From the IMG/VR virus record IMGVR_UViG_2778261179_000013, positions 1-16,612 of that record: a stretch of DNA of 16,612 bases; one strand, given 5' to 3'. A program made the translations under genes and the position numbers. The DNA comes from a virus (lineage: Duplodnaviria > Heunggongvirae > Uroviricota > Caudoviricetes). The number at the start of each line of letters is the position of its first letter. Positions within the stretch are counted from its first letter, which is position 1. This document shows positions 1-5,852 of this stretch, one piece after another. The notes under the pieces were generated by a model, which did no database searches, was not told where the DNA came from, and saw nothing but the letters and a program-made list of their open reading frames with translations.

Positions 1-891
1 TTACTTTGCAATGAGATCGGGGTCAACTTCGCTAACCCGGCATCGTTTTGACCGGTTGCCCGTCTTTCTTTTTTTCACTTTCGCCAGTTCTTCCGCGGAG
101 TAATGCGACGCGACATCCAGCCGTCGAAGCCCCATTTTGATGTACTCGCTGTTGATCTCAATACCAATGAATTTTCGTCCGCTGGCGATGGCTACGGCAC
201 CGGTAGTAAAGCTACCGGCAAACGGGTCGAGAACGATATCGCCTGGGTTGGAAGAGGCGAGAATAATGCGTTTCAGTAAGGCTTCCGGTTTTTGCGTCGG
301 GTGGTTCTCATATTCATCCATTAAATAACGCACGCGCGGAAAATCCCAGACGTTACCCGGTACTTTTTGATGATTGTATGGCTGTGGAGGATTTTTGCGA
401 TAATCGATCAACGCGCGCTGCGATCCGGTTTTGGCTTCTACCAGAATAGCATCACCGTTGAATGTGTAGTTCTTTGCGTCTTTCACCATCATCAGGATGG
501 GTTCGTACATGGAGCCGTAGTGTTTTTTCGCCTGTACTCCAGAACTGTCATATGACCAGACGATGCGACTTTTGATGGTAAAAAGCTTGCGGCACTGGAG
601 ATCGATAAAGGGCATGTTTTCCGTACTGTTCATAATGTACATGCTGCCCTGCTTTTTCAGAACGCGGTGGCACTCTGCAATCACTTCAAACAGCCAGTCG
701 ATAAACAGATCTTCTTTCCAGGCTTCGATCAGACCATCAAAATTTTTACCGATGTTATACGGTGGGTCGGCAAAGATCAGATCGACGCTTTCAGTAGGTA
801 GCTTTTTAAGTTCGGCAAGGGCATCACCGTGAATAATGGTCTTAGCTTCATTACCAAACCGGGTCGGTTCACATCCTGTTCTCATGGTCAC
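1..891 (-). CDS. yhdJ: DNA adenine N6-methyltransferase, CcrM-like beta-class (YhdJ-like), complete
   Basis: 296-aa ORF with stop codon at 1-3. Motif IV DPPY (FADPPYNIG) lies N-terminal to the AdoMet-binding motif I FAGSFTTG, which is the beta-class permutation; HPTQKP motif also present. From memory the protein is near-identical to E. coli YhdJ, whose gene lies just downstream of fis; the true start may be the second Met (883-885). Confidence 0.8.
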   Translation of the reverse strand: MTMRTGCEPTRFGNEAKTIIHGDALAELKKLPTESVDLIFADPPYNIGKNFDGLIEAWKEDLFIDWLFEVIAECHRVLKKQGSMYIMNSTENMPFIDLQCRKLFTIKSRIVWSYDSSGVQAKKHYGSMYEPILMMVKDAKNYTFNGDAILVEAKTGSQRALIDYRKNPPQPYNHQKVPGNVWDFPRVRYLMDEYENHPTQKPEALLKRIILASSNPGDIVLDPFAGSFTTGAVAIASGRKFIGIEINSEYIKMGLRRLDVASHYSAEELAKVKKRKTGNRSKRCRVSEVDPDLIAK

Positions 892-910
892 TCCCTTTGT
901 GACACCTATA

Positions 911-946
911 AAAAAGGCGCTTCCCCATGCCGAGTAGCGCCTTTTT
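911..946. terminator. Hairpin flanked by A5 and T5 runs (bidirectional intrinsic-terminator-like); probably the fis terminator
   Basis: aaaaaggcgct (911-921) is the reverse complement of agcgccttttt (936-946), with a 14-nt loop. It sits between the MTase start and the fis-like remnant. Confidence 0.5.
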
Positions 947-970
947 AATCAAGCATTTAGCTAACCTGAA

Positions 971-988
971 TTAGTTCATGCCGTACTG
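971..988 (-). other. fis 3'-end remnant (encodes YGMN-stop) and putative att core / island junction
   Basis: The minus strand reads cag tac ggc atg aac taa = Q-Y-G-M-N-stop (stop at 971-973). Fis ends ...KKYGMN. The frame is broken one codon further upstream (tga at 989-991) and there is no fis-sized ORF in 892-1155, so only the last codons are present. Confidence 0.45.
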
Positions 989-1115
989 TCATATTAGCTG
1001 TTTTCATGCTTTTAGATGATTTTAATATTCATATAATAATCAATGTGTTGTATAAATTCATGCCTGTATATTGTTCCAGTGTTTTTCTTTGTTTATGCTA
1101 TTATGTAAGCAATTC

Positions 1116-1137
1116 TGTATAAACATTTGTATAAACA
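1116..1137 (+). promoter_or_regulatory. Direct repeat TGTATAAACA x2 about 20 bp upstream of int; candidate promoter or recombinase/IHF-type site
   Basis: tgtataaaca at 1116-1125 and 1128-1137, within an AT-rich leader; a related tgtataaa lies near 1049. Confidence 0.3.
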
Positions 1138-1155
1138 CTTTGGGCTGGGTGGTCT

Positions 1156-2379
1156 ATGGCTGGCGAACTTAACAAACTGAGCGACAGGAAGTTAAAGGGA
1201 TTACATGGTATCCCGGCCAGTAAGATTGAGTTCTATGCTGATGGTGCCGGGCTGAGCGCCAAGGTAACTAAAGTTGGTGGTATTAGCTGGGTGTTTACTT
1301 ACCGACTCGACGGGCAGAAGCTGCATCGTCTTACTCTGGGACGATACCCGGATATGAGCCTCAAAGAGGCCCGTTCTTCGCGTGATAAATGCCGCCAATG
1401 GCTGGCCTCAGGTAAAGATCCAAAGCACCAGTTGGCGCTGACCACTCAGGAAACGCTTAAACCGGTCACTGTTAAGGAAGCTATCGAATACTGGATACGC
1501 GAATATGCAGAAGAGAACCGCGCGAATGTTGAAAGGCACAAAGCGGAGCTGCGTAAACACATTTATCCTTATATTGGGAAAATGGCGCTCGCTGACTGCG
1601 AAACCCGTTATTGGCTTGACTGCTTTGACAGGATGAAAAAGAAAACGCCAGTTGCTGCGGGTTATGTGTTCCAGATGTGCAAGCAAGCCCTGAAATTCTG
1701 CCGGGTTCGTCGCTATGCTGTGAGTACCGCGCTGGAAGATTTAACAATTCCAGATGTCGGTAAAAAACAGGCAAAAAAAGACCGGGTATTAAACGATAAA
1801 GAGGCTGGCGATTTATGGGCTGCCATTACCTCTGGAACTTGCTTCATGCCTTACTACACCAGGCTACTGACAATCTTAATGGTGTTTGGGTGCCGAACGC
1901 AGGAGGCCAGACTGTCAGAATGGAGTGAATGGGATATGGATGCCTGGGTCTGGACAGTTCCCAAAGAGCACAGCAAGGGCGGCGAGAAGATTGTAAGACC
2001 TGTGCCGGATGCCATGCGCAAATTCATTGAAATACTGCATGATGAAACGAAATTATCCGGCCTTTTGCTTGGGTCGGTTAAAGGCAGTGAAGCGGTAAGT
2101 CAGTGGGGCCGCGGTGTTTATAAAAAGCTGGGGCATTCTGAACCATGGACACTGCACGATCTAAGACGAACTTTAGCAACGCATATGAATAATATGGGTA
2201 TAGCACCACACGTTGTCGAACAGTTGTTGGGGCACTCAATGCCGGGAGTTATGGCGATTTATAACCGTAGTCTGTACTTGCCTGAGAAACTGGATGCGTT
2301 GAATAAATGGTATGACCGTCTCGATATTTTGGCGGGTAATCACTCGAATATTGTTATTTTAAAGGCTGGTGAGAAATGA
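1156..2379 (+). CDS. int: Tyrosine recombinase, P4-type phage integrase
   Basis: 407 aa. N-terminal arm-binding-type region (GLSAKVTKVGGISWVFTYRLDGQKLHRLTLGRYP), catalytic region with HDLRRTLATHM (HxxR) and the LGHSMPGVMAIYNRSLY tyrosine motif. Confidence 0.95.
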   Translation: MAGELNKLSDRKLKGLHGIPASKIEFYADGAGLSAKVTKVGGISWVFTYRLDGQKLHRLTLGRYPDMSLKEARSSRDKCRQWLASGKDPKHQLALTTQETLKPVTVKEAIEYWIREYAEENRANVERHKAELRKHIYPYIGKMALADCETRYWLDCFDRMKKKTPVAAGYVFQMCKQALKFCRVRRYAVSTALEDLTIPDVGKKQAKKDRVLNDKEAGDLWAAITSGTCFMPYYTRLLTILMVFGCRTQEARLSEWSEWDMDAWVWTVPKEHSKGGEKIVRPVPDAMRKFIEILHDETKLSGLLLGSVKGSEAVSQWGRGVYKKLGHSEPWTLHDLRRTLATHMNNMGIAPHVVEQLLGHSMPGVMAIYNRSLYLPEKLDALNKWYDRLDILAGNHSNIVILKAGEK

Positions 2380-2678
2380 AAAAGATAAATAAAATGACCG
2401 AATTACCGAAATGGTTTTCATTGGACAATTACAATTCTATCAATGGGCTGAGTGATCTTGATTTAATTAATCAGTTAGCTATGAGAATGGAAGTTGCTAA
2501 TGATGATTTTGAATGGCTTGATACCTATCCCGGAGCAAGAAATGAGTTCGCTTCATTTATGGAAGAAAGATTTAGTAACCCAATTCGGCCACTGAGCGGA
2601 AAATTATTTGCAGAAAAAATAAAAAGAAAAAATATTCTGAATGGCAAATGGATTCCGTCGGAGGTGTTGAGCCTTTAA
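2376..2678 (+). CDS. Hypothetical protein (AT-rich cargo ORF)
   Basis: 100-aa ORF whose ATG overlaps the int stop (ATGA at 2376-2379). Markedly AT-rich compared with the flanking genes. No motif recognised. Confidence 0.4.
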   Translation: MKKINKMTELPKWFSLDNYNSINGLSDLDLINQLAMRMEVANDDFEWLDTYPGARNEFASFMEERFSNPIRPLSGKLFAEKIKRKNILNGKWIPSEVLSL

Positions 2679-3163
2679 GATTAATTGATGTGATGCAGTT
2701 GTCTAAGAAAGCCGCTCATTATATTGATGAAAATAAAATTAATCGCTCATTGCGTGGACAAAAAAGGTCTGTAAGTAAGACCATAAGCGATAATGATCAA
2801 ATGCATATTACTTTAGATTTGTCTTGGCCTGATGAAATTTTATTAAGCGATTTGGCTGCATTGTTGCCAATATGGCGAATGGATCTTGAAAGGAAAAGTG
2901 AAAATAGTTGTAAGTTAAGTAATAGCTGGAGTGTAATCAAAAAGAAAATATTCGATTGCAAGATATTGCCAATGTTAGACCTTATGGAGTGGGCTAAAAT
3001 TAACAATGCAACAATCACTAACAGAGTTTTATCTTTAGCCCTGTTTCCTAATGCAGAGTATGACGCCATTGGTATCGCTCAAACGATCAAACCGTTCATT
3101 AGAAATTTTTCCGCAGATTTTTCTATAGAAATATTAAAGCGCAAAGCTATGGATTCATTTTAA
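2648..3163 (+). CDS. Hypothetical protein (AT-rich cargo ORF); start uncertain (alternative ATG at 2693)
   Basis: 171-aa ORF in a different frame, overlapping the previous ORF by 31 nt just after an A-rich run (2606-2632). Either a separate gene or the distal half of a frameshifted gene. No motif recognised. Confidence 0.45.
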   Translation: MDSVGGVEPLRLIDVMQLSKKAAHYIDENKINRSLRGQKRSVSKTISDNDQMHITLDLSWPDEILLSDLAALLPIWRMDLERKSENSCKLSNSWSVIKKKIFDCKILPMLDLMEWAKINNATITNRVLSLALFPNAEYDAIGIAQTIKPFIRNFSADFSIEILKRKAMDSF

Positions 3164-3266
3164 TCGGGAAATCCATATAGAAATAATTAAAAAATATCTA
3201 ATAGTGAACCATGCTTTTTAATAGCAAATAATAGCCTCCACAAAACGTAGAAACAGTGGAGGCAAC

Positions 3267-3551
3267 ATGCAAAATATCACCTTTATCCCGCCAAATCCTG
3301 AGCAGCGCCGCACCCTTTTAGAGGAGTACGGCTTTAAGTTCGACCGTCGAATCCGTGAAGAAGAATGTAGCGAGATCACCAGCCTTTCCCGTTCCAGCCG
3401 CTGGAAGATGGAACAGCAGGGGCGCTTCCCTCCGCGCTGTCACTTTGGCCGCAATAGCTGTGCCTGGCTTCTTTCGGATGTGCTCTGGTGGGTTCGTAAT
3501 CCGCCAGCAGTAGAGAACGTCAATAACCCGTACAGCCGCAAATCTGCTTAA
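3267..3551 (+). CDS. alpA: AlpA-family phage transcriptional regulator (helix-turn-helix)
   Basis: 94 aa. EITSLSRSSRWKMEQQGRFPPRCHFGRNSCAWLLSDVLWW matches the AlpA pattern (tGlSRst.Y ... G.FP ... G.rsv.W ... eV..Wl). GGAGG lies upstream of the ATG. Confidence 0.7.
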   Translation: MQNITFIPPNPEQRRTLLEEYGFKFDRRIREEECSEITSLSRSSRWKMEQQGRFPPRCHFGRNSCAWLLSDVLWWVRNPPAVENVNNPYSRKSA

Positions 3552-3571
3552 TTAACTACAGGTAATCGAAT

Positions 3572-4378
3572 ATGGAAAAAATAACTGCCTTGGCTGGCAG
3601 CGGCCAAACTCACCCCGAAACCAGCCAGAAAGATATTTCCAGCGATAATTTTGCTGCCCGGATCCCTGTAACCATGAGCACTATTGGTGGGAAAGAAACT
3701 CAGTCTGTAAGTGGTCGTAAGCTGCATACGTTTCTAGCTGTAGGGCGAGACTTTACCACCTGGATGAAAGCACGCATCAAACAGTATGGGTTTGTTAAAG
3801 GGGTTGATTATGTAATTGTTGAAGATTTGAGCACCCCAAAACGGGGGAGCGCAAAATCTCGCCAACAAGTCGAGCACGATTACATTGTCAGCCTGAATAT
3901 GGCTAAAGAGCTTTCTATGGTTGAGCGCAACGCGCAAGGCAAGATGGCCCGCCAGTATTTCATCGACTGTGAAGAACGTCTGCGCCGCGTAGCACCAGAG
4001 GAACATGAGGCGGCGTTGTTGGGCTGGCGTAAAAATCGTGTAGCTGCCTGCGAAGATCATAAGAGTATGGCCGATGCAATGAAGGGCTATATCGAGCGCA
4101 CCGGCGACAGGCAGCACGGCTTTGCCTACAGCAATGAATGCTCGTTCCTGAATAGCCTTGTGCTGGGTATGCACCCGCGAGTGTGGGCGAAACAGAAAGA
4201 AATTCCAGTTAAGCTGGTGCGTGACCATATGAACGCCGATCAGCTGGCGCTGCTGGCTTATCTGGAAAGCCGTGATTGTGCTCTGCTGGATCTTGATACC
4301 CGTACGGCAACCCGTAAGGCGAAACTCACCGAACTGGCACAACGCTGGCTGGTTAAGCGTGTTGGAGGTGCTGAGTGA
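3572..4378 (+). CDS. Phage antirepressor-like protein (AntA-type N-terminal domain)
   Basis: 268 aa. SGRKLHTFLAVGRDFTTWMKARIKQYGFVKGVDYVIV resembles the AntA/AntB antirepressor N-terminal motif (sARdLH.fL ... F..W ... ygF.eg.Dy). The C-terminal half is unassigned. Confidence 0.55.
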   Translation: MEKITALAGSGQTHPETSQKDISSDNFAARIPVTMSTIGGKETQSVSGRKLHTFLAVGRDFTTWMKARIKQYGFVKGVDYVIVEDLSTPKRGSAKSRQQVEHDYIVSLNMAKELSMVERNAQGKMARQYFIDCEERLRRVAPEEHEAALLGWRKNRVAACEDHKSMADAMKGYIERTGDRQHGFAYSNECSFLNSLVLGMHPRVWAKQKEIPVKLVRDHMNADQLALLAYLESRDCALLDLDTRTATRKAKLTELAQRWLVKRVGGAE

Positions 4379-4708
4379 TTTTGCATAACTCAATCAGGGT
4401 TGCGCAGAATTTGAGCCGACGAAATTCGCACGCGCAAATCAAGCTCGGTGATATGCCGAGTTTGAACAACCGCGTACTTTTAACGTACGGACATAGCAAC
4501 CCATTGAATCATCTTAATTATCGCGAAATGCGAGAATTGGCGAGCAACGAACACGAACAGTATTCGGGTTCGCCTGAACATCAACACTGCTTAGGTTCAG
4601 AGGTTCCGACGAATAACGTAGAGAGCTGCAATGGCAGCGCATTTTTGCTCTACGAGGGAAATCAACAACGTACAGTTTTGTACCGTAATCCAGATTTGGC
4701 TTACGAGA

Positions 4709-4768
4709 GGGTAGTACCTCAAAGTCACGAGGTTAACAGGGTAGTAACTCATAGTTACCAGGTTAACC
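4709..4768. repeat. Tandem direct repeat, 2 x 30 bp (25/30 identical), each unit containing GTTAAC
   Basis: gggtagtacctcaaagtcacgaggttaaca (4709-4738) and gggtagtaactcatagttaccaggttaacc (4739-4768). The units carry different internal stems (ACCTC/GAGGT in unit 1, GTAACT/AGTTAC in unit 2). Confidence 0.8.
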
Positions 4769-4877
4769 GCGTCGCTAAAAGATACGCGGAAAGCAAGACC
4801 TCTTTAAGAGGGGCAGTTCAGTGCGTGGAGACCTACGAAATTTTCGTAGGTCACAGCATTACCGAGAGTAACCCTGT

Positions 4878-5063
4878 TCAGCTTTCAGATTCCGATCTGG
4901 CTTTCTTGCGTTGGCGGCGTTTGATCTCGCATTGCATGGCTGTAACGATAAATTGGGCAGTGCTTTCGCCTTGCTCTTTAACTTGTTCCATTGCCTCGAC
5001 AACTTCATGCGGGGCACGAGTTTGCAATTTTTGTGATTTTTCGTTCTTTGTTCCCGTCGCCAT
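4878..5063 (-). CDS. Ribbon-helix-helix (Arc/CopG/MetJ-like) transcriptional regulator, probable island repressor
   Basis: 61 aa from the ATG at 5061-5063 (minus), preceded by AGGAGA with a 7-nt spacer. QKLQTRAP-HEVVEAMEQVKEQ-GES-TAQFIVTAMQCEI fits the RHH beta-strand / helix A / G-x-S turn / helix B pattern. The supplied ORF track starts it at a TTG at 5084. Confidence 0.65.
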   Translation of the reverse strand: MATGTKNEKSQKLQTRAPHEVVEAMEQVKEQGESTAQFIVTAMQCEIKRRQRKKARSESES

Positions 5064-5081
5064 TACTAAGTCTCCTGATAT

Positions 5082-5190
5082 CAAGTGGAGTACAGAATAC
5101 CAGAAAAATAATGAAATAAAACACTTGAAGTGGATTCCACTTTGTATTTATAGTGGAGTCCACCTTGAAGGGGTTCACCTTCAAGATATA
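5082..5190. promoter_or_regulatory. Divergent promoter/operator region with interleaved inverted repeats (half-sites AAGTGGA / TCCACTT and CACTT / AAGTG)
   Basis: cacttgaagtg (5122-5132) and aagtgga-t-tccactt (5128-5142) are overlapping palindromes; agtggagtccac (5152-5163) and ccttgaagg plus caccttcaag (5161-5185) follow. The region lies between the RHH gene and the rightward operon. Confidence 0.55.
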
Positions 5191-5261
5191 GCGAAGCCCG
5201 GCAGTGCGCGAACACTAACCGGGCCTCTGACCACCAAGATAGTTAACGTATCGAGGCAGCT

Positions 5262-5450
5262 ATGAAAGATTATATCACACACCCGCAAGGGCGGAAGTCC
5301 TACACCTGGCGTTTTCTGGCGCTGAGCGCCATCGGTCGCAACGTCATTCACATCAAAGCTACCACCGAACGCGAAGCCCGTGAGCAATCACCGGCTGGCT
5401 GCGTGATGGTATTCGCTGGCCGTCTGCCTGTGGAGGTGCGCCATGCGTGA
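5262..5450 (+). CDS. Hypothetical small protein (first gene of the rightward replication operon)
   Basis: 62-aa ORF with GAGG 5 nt upstream of the ATG; overlaps the next ORF. Confidence 0.5.
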   Translation: MKDYITHPQGRKSYTWRFLALSAIGRNVIHIKATTEREAREQSPAGCVMVFAGRLPVEVRHA

Positions 5451-5637
5451 GCCAATCAGCTTAGACCAGGCAGAATACAAATCAGCGCTGGCTGCTTCAC
5501 TTTTCGAAACCATTCTGGAAAAAGCCTGTGCTGAGTGTTCGGAAACCCTGCTGAACCATATCTCACTGGCATGTGACCTTAATCAGGAAATTCACCGGGC
5601 ATTAATCGCCGAGCTGGGTATGGGAGATGCGAAATGA
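5443..5637 (+). CDS. Hypothetical small protein
   Basis: 64-aa ORF with GGAGG 6 nt upstream of the ATG; its stop overlaps the next start (ATGA at 5634-5637). Confidence 0.5.
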   Translation: MREPISLDQAEYKSALAASLFETILEKACAECSETLLNHISLACDLNQEIHRALIAELGMGDAK

Positions 5638-5852
5638 GACAGGTTCCTTTTGAAGTCCTGATGCACGCTGAAAATGCCCTTTCTGAAAGCGAAGGAGCCT
5701 ATGAGGTTCTCAGCATGTGGCTAGACAGTATTCCTGAAGGCGAGGAGTTCCACGGTGAAGCGTGCAAGGTAAGCGCAATCATGTCGCTGCTGCATAAATC
5801 TATCGGCGAGCTGGTGAAAGCGCGGGAGGCTTACAGTGAAAAACGCGCCTAA
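5634..5852 (+). CDS. Hypothetical small acidic protein
   Basis: 72-aa ORF with GGAGA upstream; overlaps the start of the replication gene. Confidence 0.5.
   Translation: MRQVPFEVLMHAENALSESEGAYEVLSMWLDSIPEGEEFHGEACKVSAIMSLLHKSIGELVKAREAYSEKRA

Noticed and set aside
137-832. Plus-strand ORFs (62-89 aa) inside the methyltransferase gene
   Set aside because: Antisense to the motif-supported MTase gene.
892-1155. Looked for a tRNA or tmRNA gene as the integrase target
   Set aside because: No cloverleaf-type sequence or conserved T-loop motif was evident; the fis-like 3' remnant is the better explanation for the insertion site.
1201-1774. Three minus-strand ORFs (65-97 aa) inside the integrase gene
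   Set aside because: Antisense to a high-confidence integrase gene; short, with no signals.
3734-4393. 219-aa minus-strand ORF
   Set aside because: Antisense shadow of the AntA-like gene; no ribosome-binding site and no motifs.
4709-4768. Tandem repeats considered as a CRISPR array
   Set aside because: Only two adjacent 30-bp units with no spacers between them and no cas genes; not CRISPR.
4375-5265. 296-aa ORF in the track, considered as a protein-coding gene
   Set aside because: Not called as a CDS: it runs antisense through the RHH gene and the operator repeats, and its translation is rich in Ser, Asn, His and Cys with no recognisable motif. The absence of stops is nevertheless unusual, so it is kept as an open question in the findings.
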